64,000 nucleotides of DNA. Origin: Marsupella aquatica. Taxonomy: Eukaryota > Plantae > Marchantiophyta. The DNA is taken from assembly GCA_973895155.1 (NCBI GenBank), contig OZ316894.1, positions 7,898,234 through 7,962,233 on the forward strand, written 5' to 3'. Of the stretch, positions 25,321 through 37,922 are shown one piece after another. Position 1 is the stretch's first letter; the number at the start of each line of letters is the position of its first letter. The notes under the pieces were generated by a model. The model worked only from the letters and a program-made list of their open reading frames with translations. It did not search any database and was not told the origin of the DNA. The position numbers and the translations under genes are program-made.

Positions 25321-28300
25321 GGGATGAAGTGTCATTGGTGATCGATGGATTTGAAACGGCAATTGGGATAGTTCAAAAGGTTGACCCCCAGGATACTATA
25401 CAAAACATTTGTCTAGGGGATAATCGAATTGGGGTATTGATCGAAAAGTGTTTTGATGGATCGCGTCAACTTCCATTTCCTTCGCCCAAATTTTCTACAT
25501 TGGCTGAGGCAATTGACTCCTGCGTGATTTGGGATTGTGCATTGGCATACTTGAGGTCATCAACTCAGCGTCGAAGAATCAATGTCGATGATTTCTCTTT
25601 GGCTGGAGATGCTGGAAATGATAAATCCAAAATTGATGCAAGGGTTGAAGAGGACGTGTTCAAGGAAGGAGATGAAGTTCAGATGTTCATTTTTGATCAG
25701 TTGGTTGCAAATGGAGTCGTTTTCAAGACAAATCTGATGGATATTTGTCATACTGAAACACTCGGGGTTGGTCGCATCAGTATAAGAATATCTGATATTG
25801 TTAAGGGAAATCAAAAATTGCCATACTCGCACCCTAGAGCTGATACAATAGAAGAGGCCTTGCATACCTGGGTTATCTGGGATGTTGCACATGTTTCTAG
25901 AAAGGGCACTCTACGAGATTTTGGCGTGTTTGGTAGTTCAAATATTTTCAATGATCTTCCATTAAAAGATTTTACACTACGTTCCAACTGGATGGCGGAG
26001 GAGGTTGATTTGTATGACGCTTCTCGTTGTCGGAAGGTTGCAACAGGTGTTATCACGGTCCCATTTGAAACAGGTGCCATTGACGATGAACTTCTTGGTG
26101 CAGATCATGTTGGTGTTGCTGTTGTGAATATCAATGAACCCGAATTATTTCCAAATATCCGTGTTGGTACCCTGACTTGGTGAGGTGGGAAATCAAATCC
26201 CTTCTATTGATTTCGTCTCAAAGGTTTCTTGGGGATATCCTTGAGGAAGTTTCAGAGAAGTGGATGGAGTCGGGTCGAACTAAGGGCGATCCGGATTTGG
26301 ATGGTGATGGTAAACCTACAAAAAGACCATACAATTTCATTAGGAGGACAAAAATTGATCTTGAGGAGAAGAAGAAAAGGCATTTGGAGTCGAGGGCACT
26401 TTTGAAAATTAACGAGGAGTCCATTGATTCCATCCAAAGAGAAGGTTGTTGCAAGCTAAAGTGTTGCTTGAACATGCCCAGGGAGGACTTAGAGGCAATG
26501 AGGAGGGAATACCATGGAATGTCAAGTGACAACAAAACAAGTCACATCTTTAGTCTCTTTGGGTGTAGAGAGGAGCAAGTCAAGAGAAAGGGATTTTTTG
26601 TTCTAAAGGGACGTGTGGTTTGTAAAGATGCATTTATTAAAATGCATGGGTTCAGTACAACAAAGTACTATGACTACAAAAATAAATACGAAGCTGGTTG
26701 CACAATTGGTTTCCATGGAAATCAGGGACTCACAACGGAAGACACGATCAAGCACTTTGCACGCTCGCGCCTTGTTGGAGTCCATTTTAATCCAAAATGG
26801 GGAACCAATGCCACATCTTCCCTATGGTGGGTCCAACGGCACTGACACTATTGAATATCGGCTCCCATCTTGTTTTACTAAGAAGGAGATTTTCCAAGTG
26901 GTGTTTACCAAGATGGAATTAGATGGGTTTGCTAAGGTTACTGAAGTTACTATGTACAACATCTGGAAAAACTCATTTGATAATTTTGACTTTCACAAGG
27001 GAAGTGCATTTGCCAAGTGCACATTTTGCACTAAGTTCAAAGATCAATTGATGCGGGAGAAGAGAAAAAAAGAGCGTGCAGAGATTGAAGAGAAAAGAGT
27101 GCGACATCTTTGTGAACAAATGTCAAGAAGATATGTTTACTATGCTCATAGGGTTCTTGCAAAGAAGGATCCTCAAAACTATCTTTGCATTATTCACGAT
27201 AAGATGGATCAAGCCAAGATTGGATCCCCAGGTTGGTCCCCACTCCAAAATCCCTCTCTGGTAGTGGTCAGCCTTTGCCTATTGCTCTTACTGGGATGTT
27301 AACCCATGGAAGAGATCCTGGAGTGTATGCACATTCCAGTTTCACTGGACTTTGGCCTGGAGATGCAGACTTTACCGTGACATCTTTGGCCAAATGCCTC
27401 TGAGATTTGGAAGATTACACAGGAGACAAAACTGGAGACCTTCTTGAGGGATTGAATTGGAATGCAACTAGGCCAATATTTCAGTCCCTTCTAGACTTTG
27501 AAGCATTTCTGGCCGGTTACTTGGAACCCAAAAATGTTTCAATTGTTCGATTTCAAGGCATTGAAGATGGTGAGGAGACTAAAAAGTCAAGTACAGTGGA
27601 TGTTGGTTCTAAGGATGATCCTGAGACTACTAGGGGCTCTTTCAAGCCCTTACCAAGGCACCTAACGTTGCAGATGGACAAATTCAGGGAAAGATAACAA
27701 AAATCAATATGTGATGGCATTTTGCACTGAGCTTGTTAGCAGGGGGGTGTTTGAAACTGTGCAAATGTCATTCCTCATGGTTGGCCACACCCATGAAGAC
27801 GTGGATGCATTATTTTCTCAAGTATCCAAACAGGTCAGATACAAAGAGGTTGCTACCCTCTTGGGGTTGATGGCTGAGGTTTGGGAGTGTGAAAGCATTC
27901 ATCCTGTACCACGATTGATTCAAGAGGTTGCATCTTACAAGGAGTATTTGAAAACTTTCCAGGTGAAAGAGATAGAAGGTCACTCAAAACCAGTGGCATT
28001 TCTTTTCTCCACGAGGGATAATGTGCCAGTGTATCAATATAAAGCACATGTCAAGCAACCTTGGCTTCCGGCAATGGGGAGGTCCATTTGGAGAACTGAT
28101 CCCATCACAAATGCGCTCATTTTACCGGAAGGCCAACCATTTGCAAAACCTATATCATTGAACTGGGGATGTACAAAAGAAGGCTGGCCCGAAGGCTGGA
28201 GAAATCATCCCATTCCTTAATCGCTATATTGATTTCTTGAAGAAAAGTTGTAAGGATGAGACCTCTGCAGCATATAAAGAGAGATTTCCTCTGGTCAAAT

Positions 28301-29021
28301 ATTGGGAGAATCTTGTGCAAGCACTGTCCGAGGAACTTACAATAGAAGGGGAGGGGGAAAGACATTTGCCATTGACAACTGATTTTTGGCCAAAGATTAA
28401 CCATGGCACAAGTTACAAGATGATTTTGGGGACATCTCAGCCGTCAAGTGAACCTTCTCAAAATCCAGAGATGATGGACCTTCAAAATGAGTACATGGAA
28501 GAGATGGAAGATCAAGCTGCACCCTTTGTTGGTGCACGACAAGAACGAGAACCTACACGTTGGATTCCTCTACAAGATATTCAAGAAGGTCACTTTGTAT
28601 TTTTACGTCCAGAGGATGAATGGGAACAAGGAAATGGCAAAGGGCATTTCTGGTTGGTTCGAGCTTTGGGTGGTGTGGATCCAAACCATGAGGTTCCCTC
28701 AACAGATTTGCAACATATTGAAGGGTCTTCTTCAACGTCTGTTGAGAGCATTCCTAAGTTCCTATGTTCCAAGTACAATGGTGGAGGCCTAAACATGGTA
28801 AGCATGATGCAAAGGATGATGTTCGATATGAACGTTGCTTTCAAACCACTAAGACTTGGGAGCTGGATCCTGGGTTTGACAATGTTACTCAAAGTTGGCA
28901 GTTTGCAAATTCTGCAATGTATGGGTTTAAGTCAGGTGCTAAAGAACAAAATATTATGGATAGAGGTTTGACAATTCCTAAGAATGTTTTGAAAACTCTC
29001 AAATTTACATGGAAGGTATAA
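25302..29021 (+). pseudogene. Sola-like DDD transposase (DUF7869-type core) with three N-terminal Tnp1/DUF8039-like repeats; multiple frameshifts
   Basis: Consecutive ORFs 25302-26183, 26177-26845, 26613-27302, 27407-27697, 27711-28220, 28237-28971, 28764-29021. Motifs GCCKLKCC, VCKDAF, FAKCTFC, IIHDKMDQ, GMLTHG, LTLQMD/DNKNQYV, VGHTHEDVD. In-frame TGA at 27401. Confidence 0.82.
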
Positions 29022-29602
29022 TTGATGAGTAGATTGATAGAACTCGTAGGTTACAAGTCTCCACTCAAATGACTTGTGATTAAGAGGGTCGAGTTGATTT
29101 CCATGCGTTTGTCTAAAGTGAGAGAACAAGACAATCAAATTAATACTCTATGATCTCTCAAAGTTATTGAATGGACTTTCTTATAATTATTATTTTATTT
29201 GTCTTAGTATATTTTAATTCTAGAAAATGATGCCATTTCATTCCTTCTAGTAGGTTGGATATCATCCTAGTTAACTTTGTCTAGACAGTATAGTCATTCC
29301 ATTGTATTGGTGCTTAGTTAGATATCTTACTCAAGCTAAATGTTTTGAATATAGATGCTATCCAAGCTTATATGTTATTACTAGATTCTATCTATTTTCC
29401 AACCAAATGAATACTTTTATCACCCAAATGTTTTTTAATATCATCCAATTTAACATTTTACTTTCCCAAAATTTCATTTTTTTGTCCCCAAATTTACATT
29501 TAATGATGCTTGAATTTTCATTTTTCATCTTCCAAATTTACAATTTTCATGCCTAAAACTATGTTTTTAAATCGCCAAATTTCCCTATATCCTTTATAAT
29601 TT

Positions 29603-29624
29603 CAGTTTTAATGAATATAGTGAT
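29603..29624 (-). repeat. Right terminal inverted repeat of the giant transposon
   Basis: CAGTTTTAATGAATATAGTGAT, followed by TSD CCAC. Confidence 0.92.
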
Positions 29625-30362
29625 CCACTTCTATTGAGAGTGTCGCAAAAATTGCCATTGTTTTGCAATGACTAGATTTCTGCCATTTTACAAAGTCAAC
29701 TATCATTCGGCATGTCTCTGTACTGAACACTTCTAGGGGACTCAACAAGGAACCCTTACTCGGATGGTTTTTTGTCGATTCTGCTAGTTCAGAGCCTTGA
29801 AAGGGTGTAGCATAGTAAAAAACTCCTCTTATGCTCTTCAGGAAGGAATTCAATTGTTGCAAAACAACAGAGCTGGTTGACAGCTTTAAAAATTCCTCAG
29901 TTTAGTTAACATGTCCCGCTTATCCTGCATTGCTTTTACTAGGCTCATGATAATAAGCCCACCAACACCATGTCCAACCAAAAAGATCGGGCTACTTGTT
30001 TCATAAGGAGGTTTCTTATAAATTGCAAGAATGTCTTGCCTCAAATTCTCTCCGAGTAAATGCAAGTCCATGTGGCCGCCACACGGGGTCTTCCATCTGC
30101 TAGCATCATAACGAGCAGACAAAATTCTGGACTCCGGATACTTTGACTTAAGCCAATCTCGTGGCCAACATTCAAGAGGAACAGTTGTTGACATCCATGA
30201 TTGCACATGTGGGTTGTCAAGCTGTTTCCAAAGAATGTCATGGAAAAAAATAATTTCTGCCTTTGGATCTTTCGGATCAGTGAGCGGGGTGTGAAACGCA
30301 TATATTGAATCATTGTACTGCACACGAGGAATAATATCTGAGCAACAATCAATAAGATGCAA
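29625..30362 (-). pseudogene. 5' part of a SERAC1-like alpha/beta-hydrolase gene (bryophyte hydrolase-NLR-type N-terminal domain), frameshifted and interrupted by the transposon
   Basis: AEIIFFHD, CWPRDWL, SRILSARYDAS, LLGENL, IFLVGHGVGG (nucleophile Ser replaced by Gly), GVFYYATPFQGS. Frameshift near 29900. Homologous to 50488-51141. Confidence 0.85.
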
Positions 30363-31104
30363 TACAAGGAAAAACTCAACAGACTGATGTGCCAGAAATC
30401 TTGAATCTGGACAAAGACATCAAGTATGCGAAAAAGAGACTCCTCATCATGACTAAAGAGAAAAGCTATTCCCTAACGTATTCCTGTATTGCTAAGGCAT
30501 TGATAAAGCTTGTGAGCATAACACAAGCTCTTAGAAAGGCTTTTATGAGATACCTTAAGCAGATCCGGGGTAAAACTTCCGGTAGTGGATGCAGATGCCA
30601 TCGGCACAAGAAGGAACGGGGAAGAAGACAATTATAGTCTCTTGCCTGGAAGAACGGCAATTGACCGACCTACAAAAATAATTCCAATCTTCGAAGACTT
30701 GTCAGTAATTGGCATTATGATAATTAATCTAAACAAGGTGGCAACTCTAGATATTTGAAGAAAAGCAACCCTTCAATAAACACCCAGACAACCATACCGC
30801 AGCGTCAACGGCCGTCGCCACCATTACCGTCGAAATCGATCACCTGCCCCCGCTGCTAGTTTTCCAAAACAAGCGCAGCCTGAACGGCCGTCGCCTGAAC
30901 GGCCGTCCCGCTACTCTTTCCTCCTTTCGCAATTTGCGACCGTGATTTTTCGTCCCTTCATTATTTCAATCATCGGAATGAAACGAGACTTCTCTTTCTA
31001 AAGGCAGAGCGGAAAAAACAACAACGAGATCACCGTGTTTGATCGGCACACAATTGCGTCGACCAATTTTGTTTCTGATTCGAGCGATGTATGGCATATG
31101 TTGC

Positions 31105-34100
31105 TGTTGGAAACTACGATCTTCAGTACCTTGTTTTCCCCTTCCGTATACGGGCCCACTTTCTATTCATTGTCGTCTTCTGTCCCTTGCTGCTTACCTT
31201 TAGATCTAGGTTGCATCCATCTGATGCTTTCGCCCCTTCTCTTGGGCTCTTCTACTATGCGGCGCCTCTTTGTCGCCCCCTGCACTCCTTGCCCTTTCCC
31301 CGAGTACTTATGTGCTTCCCGTTGGCTGTTCCGGTATCTTAGTCATGCTAGATAGTTTTATCAACATGGTATCAGAGCAAGGTTAGCTCTCCCGTGACTA
31401 AGATCCAACGCTAGACTTAGATGAGAGTTCTCTGAGTTTGAGCGACCTGTCCCTCCGTCTATTTCAGTTGGTGAGAGTTCCCAACGTGATCTAGCCATGG
31501 ACCTAGCTAGAATATTCAGTGAAGCTGACAAGCTAGATGGAGAAAGCAACCACATCACGTGGAGCTTACAAGTCCAGACCCTGCTCGAGCGAGACGAGGT
31601 ATGGGATGAACTGAAGTTCGCTGACGAAGACAGCGACAACACTGACACAACCAACGTTGCTACAGTAGAGGATGAGATTGTCCTCACTCCCAAGGAACGC
31701 AAGAAGAAGATCATCAAGGCCAAGTCCATTCTGATGGCCACCGTCAAGACCAAGTTCCTCCATGTCGTTGCTTCATATGGCAACGATCCTGTTGCCTGCT
31801 GGCAGCACTTCAAGCAGCGCTTTCGAGGTGACCTTCTCCAACGCAGACTTCTCCTCGAACAGAAGCTGCATAAAGTCAAGATGACTGAAGGCAGTAACAT
31901 CGAAGACTACCTCAGGGAAGTAGAAAGCATCACTTCCCAACTCTCCATGATTAATGCCACTGTTGACAACTCCCGTCTCATTCACATTGTTCTAGGCGGG
32001 TTACCCCATAGCTGGGGTCCCTTTGTATCCAGCTTTGGCGCTGATTTATCTAGAACCCATACACCCAAGTTCTCCTCCCTTGTGGAACGTATGCAGGCTG
32101 AGGCTTTCTGGAGGAAAGGGAAACGAGAGGAAGTTGCTGAAGAAGCCCTTCTCGCTCGCTTTTCTCGACCTGCTGTCAGAGGCCGTGTCTCTCACCGACC
32201 CTCTCGCCCAGGGGACTACCGTGGATCCATTGCTGACAACCGCAGTCACCCGCCTGCTCCTGTTCCACGTCGCACGACTGGCTCGTGCAACTATTGCAGC
32301 AAATCTGGCCATTGGGAAGTTGAGTGCGACCTGAAGAAGCTAGATGATCAAATCTCCCAGCTGATGATTCGTGCAGGGAACCTTCGTCGAATCAAACCCC
32401 AGGCACACCTCACGGAGTTCACTCCAGACCCTGAGGATTTTGATCCATTTCCAGAGATGCACGAGGAAGAGATTGCTGCCAACCTTACCGAATTCAGAAA
32501 CACCTCTCAAGATTGGTACATGGACTCCGGTGCTAGCAATCACATCACTGGACATCGCTCAGCATTAGAGACTTTCCAGCAGGCTGGCCCTTCTGGTCCT
32601 GGTGTAACCACTGCTAGCAGTAACACTTTGCCCATTGCTGGCAATGGCACTGCTCATGTTGACAATAAAGCTATCAACAATGTTCTTTACGTGCCTGGTG
32701 TTCACAAAAATCTTATGTCTGTGGGCAAACTTGCCGATGCTGGTCATCTTATTTTGTTTGACTCTAAGTCTTGCTTAGTGTTTGACAAAGACAACCCATC
32801 ATCCGTCTTTCTCCAGGCATCTCGATCACCGCGGAACAGTTTGTATCAACTGTCGTCCTCCGGCTCTTATCCTCCGCCTTGTTTGACACATGAAGCGAAT
32901 ACCATCACCAATGTGGAGACTGACATTGTCGACTTATGGCACCGGCGTCTGGCTCATCTCAACTTTCAACTGCACATCACATGACTGCCCAACACCTCGT
33001 TACTGGTGTTCCCTTGCTCTCCTTTCAGAAAAAGCAATGTACGTCATGTATCCTCGGCAAAACTCATCGTGACAATGTCCCCAAGCACTCCATTCGACGC
33101 ACATCACGTGTTTTGGATCTGGTGCATTCTGATCTTTGCGGACCCATCCACTCCAGCTCCCCCGTCAAGTACATCTTGACCTTCATCGACGATTTTACCC
33201 GTTTTACGTGGGTCTATTATCTCTCTCACAAACATGAGACTTTCCGCTGCTTCAAGACGTTCAAAACTGCTGCCGAAAATCAATTTGGCACCAAGCTCTC
33301 CTGTTTACGCTCTGATCGAGGTGGCGAATACTTGTCCCAAGAATTTATTGAGTTCTGTAGCCACCACGGGATTCGCCGTCAACTGACTGCCCCTAGTACC
33401 CCCCACCAAAATGGGGTAGCTGAACGCAAAAATCGCACTTTACTTGAGGCCGCCAGGAGTATATATGTTGAGGGTAAATATCCTCGCTTCCTCTGGCCTG
33501 AGGCAGTCAAAGCTGCCACCTATGTTCTCAATCGATGTTCCACTCGGGCCCTTCATCTCTCGACGCCCTTTGAGGCTCTCTATGGTATGAAGCCTGATCT
33601 CTCTCACCTCCGTGTCCTTGGCTGCTCAGCTTTTGTTTGCCTCCCTACTAAGTCCGATGGGAAATTTGGCTCGCGAGCTATCCCTTCTGTCTTCATTGGT
33701 TATGACCTCAACACCAAAGGCTACCGCTGTTTTGACCCCCTCTCTCGTCGGATCCTTATCTCCTCCAATGTCACCTTTATTGAAGACTCCCCTGGAGATT
33801 TTTGTGCTCCTCCTGCCCAGTCAGACATTTTTCTTGACCTTCTCCCGGCAACTGAGGCTCCTTCTGAGCCAGAAGGGGACGAACATCATGTTCTTGACCA
33901 TGCTGCTCACGATGCCCCTAGCAATCTTGATGGGACCCAGCTCCCCAATGACAACACCATCAAGGACGTTGCTGACCTTGGCAATCACGGTGGGACTCAT
34001 GTCCACAATGTCGACCCCACCATCGACGAGGCTCCTCCTCTGCCCTGTAACTCCACCCTTGCTCCAAATGTTCAGATTAATCCGCTACCAAAACGCCGCG

Positions 34101-36548
34101 GGTCAAGGGCCAGGCAGCTTCCAGCCTGGGCTCGTAGTGGGGACTATGAAATGCATATCCCGGAGGATGTAGACTTATGCATTATCGAAACCGCTAACCC
34201 TGTTAGTGACACTATTGCCTTCCGTGATGCTATACAAGACCCTGGCTGGTGCAGTGCTATGCAGGAAGAATATGACAGCTTGATTAAAAATGAGACATGG
34301 GACCTTGTGGAGTTACCCCCGGGGAGATGTGCAATTTCATCAAAATGGCTGTACAAATCTAAACCTATCCATGACGCCGATAATCCAACGCGCGCACGTC
34401 TTAAAGCTCGTCTTGTTGCTAGGGGTCTTGAACAGCAACCTGGCATAGATTATAATGACACTTTTGCACCCGTCGTTCGCTGGTCAACTCTTCGTGCTGT
34501 TATCGCTCTTGCTGTTGCATCTGGTTGGCCTATCAGTCATATGGACGTTGTTACTGCATTCCTTAACGGGACTCTTAAAGAGCTCCTTTTCATGCAACAA
34601 CCGCCTGGCTTTGCTCGTAAAGGATTGGAGCACCTTGTTTGCCGGCTCAACAAATCCATCTATGGACTGAAGCAATCCCCCCGTGAATGGTATCAAGAGA
34701 TTGATAAGTACCTTCACGAACAAGGTTGGACCCGGAGCGATGCTGACCCCAACCTATATTACTTATTTCAGGGGTCCTCTATTGTACTCTTACTCCTTTA
34801 CGTGGACGACCTTCTTATTACCGGCAATGATTTGGCACTCATCGACACTATCAAGCTCAATCTTCAGAATCGGTATGAAATGAAGGATCTTGGTGAAATC
34901 CGCAAATATCTCGGTGTGGAGTTCACCAAGACTGCAAACGGTATGCTTCTTCACCAGCACACCTATGCCGAACAGATTCTTCGTGATTACAATATGACTG
35001 AATGCAGGCCTGCCCACACGCCTCTACCAGAAGGATTCGCCACTCAATCTAACTCTAACACGGCTCCCGTTGACCGCTCAGAGTATTGCACCCTTGTGGG
35101 TAAACTACTCTTCCTTACGACCACTCGACCGGATCTATCCTACTCAGTTGGTATGGTGGCTCGTTTTATGTCTCAACCTCACTTGCAGCACTTGGAAGCT
35201 GCCAAGCACATCCTTCGGTACGTTAAGAAGACACTCGATTATGGGATCCACTACAAACGCTCCTCTCAGCTTCTTCTCACAGGATATACTGATGCGGACT
35301 ACCTTGGATGCCTCGATACTCGGCGCTCTACTGCTGGCTATGTCTTCACCCTGGCTTCTGGGCCTATCTCCTGGGCTAGCAAACGACAACCCACAATTTC
35401 GGACAGCACCACCGAAGCTGAGTACAAGGCCCTCTCTGAGGCTACTAAGGAAGCTGTGTACCTACGTCGATTACTTCGCGAGCTCCAACATACCTCCAAC
35501 GTCACCGTTCCTGTTCAATGCGACAATGCCACCATCCACAAGGACCTACACGAAGCTGCAATCCCTACTTCTCACGATCTACACTTACACTGCGATAACC
35601 AAGGATCTATTCGACTTGCTCTGAATCCGATCTTCCATGCTCGCACCAAACACATTGAGGCCAAACACCACTTTGTACGTGAAAGGATTCTTGAAGGCGA
35701 AGTCTCTTTACAATACATCAACACCGATGACCAACATGCTGACATTTTCACCAAACAAGTCTGTTGGCAAATTTTTGAAAAGCATCGAGATTTCCTTGGC
35801 ATTCGGTCTAGGTCCTCTCTTCTCATCTAGGTTCATCATATGTGTACACTGCACTCCCGCACTATACCTATAGTGGTACTCTCGCTGACCTGCATCATCT
35901 CTCTCTCTCCCATTTGTTTTCTGCGACTTCAGATCGAGAGGGGGTGTTGGAAACTACGATCTTCAGTACCTTGTTTTCCCCTTCCGTATACGGGCCCACT
36001 TTCTGTTCATTGTCGTCTTCTATCCCTTGCTGCTTACCTTTAGATCTAGGTTGCATCCATCTGATGCTTTCGCCCCTTCTCTTGGGCTCTTCTACTATGC
36101 GGCGCCTCTTTGTCGCCCCCTGCACTCCTTGCCCTTTCCCCGAGTACTTATGTGCTTCCCGTTGGCTGTTCCGGTATCTTAGTCATGCTAGATAGTTCCC
36201 CGAGTACTTATGTGCTTCCCATTGGCTGTTCCGGTATCTTAGTCATGCTAGATAAAACTATCTAGCATGACTAAGATACCGGAACAGCCAACGGGTTTTA
36301 TCTAGCATGACTAAGATACCGGAACAGCCAACGGGAAGCACATAAGTACTTGGGGAAAGGGCAAGGAGTGCAGGGGGCGACAAAGAGGCGCCGCATAGTA
36401 GAAGAGCCCAAGAGAAGGGGCGAAAGCATCAGATGGATGCAACCTAGATCTAAAGGTAAGCAGCAAGGGACAGAAGACGACAACGAACAGAAAGTGGGCC
36501 CGTATACGGAAGGGGAAAACAAGGTACTGAAGATCGTAGTTTCCAACA
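31105..36548 (+). mobile_element. Young Ty1/Copia LTR retrotransposon with a rearranged 3' end
   Basis: 5' LTR 31105-31366 (TGTTGG...TCAACA). PBS TGGTATCAGAGC (tRNA-iMet) at 31367. PPT GAGAGGGGG before the 3' LTR at 35945-36197. Inverted LTR ~36296-36548. TSD GTTGC at 31100-31104 and 36549-36553. Confidence 0.95.
31497..35830 (+). CDS. Copia gag-pol polyprotein with one frameshift near 32965
   Basis: Zinc knuckle CNYCSKSGHWEVEC, protease WYMDSGASNH, LWHRRLAH, integrase HSDLCGP/LRSDRGGEY/QNGVAERKNR, RT LLLYVDDLLI, RNase H ADYLG/EAEY/HCDNQ/ADIF. Confidence 0.93.
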
Positions 36549-36696
36549 GTTGCTGCATTTGATTTTGATTTGTCACTCAAATTTTTTCATTGATACCTTC
36601 CGTTAGAGGCATGAGTTATTGCGTTCAATGTCGTTTTGTAATGTGCTCCGAATTTTAATGTCGACTGTTGTAATGAGCAGATATTCAGTTGCACTG

Positions 36697-37922
36697 GAGT
36701 AAGATCGGTGCAACATTTGGCGGCGATAATTTAGCTCCGGAACATTGCCCACAATTTCACCTCAGGACATGCTGCAAGATAGCGAGAGATGTCTGCGACT
36801 CCAGCAACTTTTGCCAGGGATTCCTGACGAGTTTATGTTGGACAAAATTGCTACAAAATTGTCCTGGAAAGATCTTCGCGTCCTCTCCTCAGTTAGTAGT
36901 GGCTGGTGTCACGCAATTCGAACTCGTGAGGTGTACGATGCGAGAGCCCGGTCGAAAACAAGAGAGACTCTCAGTCTAATTTCGTATGGCTGCGGTAGTA
37001 ATTGCTCTGAAATCGTTCTCTATTGCATTAGAGACATGTCTTGTTGTCTTCTTCCTTGAATCCCGCCTGATTGGACGGGAGGGATCACTATGCACAGAGA
37101 ATGTGTTTCATTGGATGGGAAGGTCTATGTCCTGGCAGGACTCAAAAGTAGTGGTGACGATATTCACAGTCTTAACGTGTACGTGTTGGACCTGGCGGAG
37201 CAGAGTGAAACAGTGTGCGAGTATGAGCGTACGAAGATCTCGCATTAGATGTGGTGTCATTAATAGCAAGATTTTTGTATTTGGGAACACCGCAGACTGC
37301 CACCATTCTCATCGAGGAGAGGTGTATGATCCCAAGGACAAATGATACTTGGTCTCTGATTAGGCCGATAGCGTTCGGCCACTTCAACCATGAAGTTGAT
37401 GCGATCGAAGCTCTAGGACAGGACCTTTTTATTTATGGCTACATTTTCCCGGACGAGCATGACAACACTGGGCTGGACGACTTCCCAGCATTTCTGGTTT
37501 ATTATCCAGTCGCGGATGATTGGGGAGAACACAGCCATCGTGGCCGGGAAGATGAATGCCCATTTGTGGCACAAGGAAGTTTGCATACGATGAGCTCTAA
37601 TGACGTTTATATATACGATGTTGAAGGAAATGCATGGAGGCAGCTGCATACAATTTCGTTTGCTGCAAATTCTCGGCCCATTTTTGTGACGGAGGATGGT
37701 ATCGATGACAACTACATGGTGCCAATTTCTGTTAAAGCTGTGGAAGGCGAGAATTTCGTTTTAAGTCATTGGTCTCGCACATTGGACGATGTCTTTCTTC
37801 TTCATAGCAAGGGCTTCAGTGGTGACATAATGGAGATTCAGCTGGAGAAAGTTCCAGTTAACCTGTTTGCCGGGGCCGATGTTCATTCCAGTCTCTGTTC
37901 AATTTCTCTTCTTCAAATTTGA
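36697..37922 (+). pseudogene. F-box/kelch-repeat protein pseudogene (paralog of 46836-48071)
   Basis: LLPGIPDEFMLDKIATKL F-box. The ATG of the paralog is lost (CTGGAGTAA), with a stop at 37057 and frameshifts near 37200 and 37340. The C-terminus SLCSISLLQI matches the paralog. Copia insertion upstream. Confidence 0.88.

Larger units (their letters stand above)
14741..29624. mobile_element. Giant (14,884-bp) TIR DNA transposon, Sola-like, with cargo gene(s); decayed
   Basis: Perfect 22-bp TIR ATCACTATATTCATTAAAACTG (14741-14762, reverse complement 29603-29624). CCAC direct repeat immediately outside (14737-14740, 29625-29628). The flanks rejoin into one hydrolase gene. Internal transposase motifs IIHDKMDQ, LQMD-DNKN and FLMVGHTHEDVDALFS. 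Confidence 0.9.

Noticed and set aside
14743-29622. Classification as a canonical CACTA/EnSpm element
   Set aside because: There is no 3-bp TSD and no TnpD-type motifs. The GHTHEDVD-type core and 4-bp CCAC repeat fit a Sola-like element better. Kept only as an alternative reading.
35840-36580. ORFs listed across the LTR copies (also 31035-31355)
   Set aside because: Incidental frames within LTR sequence.
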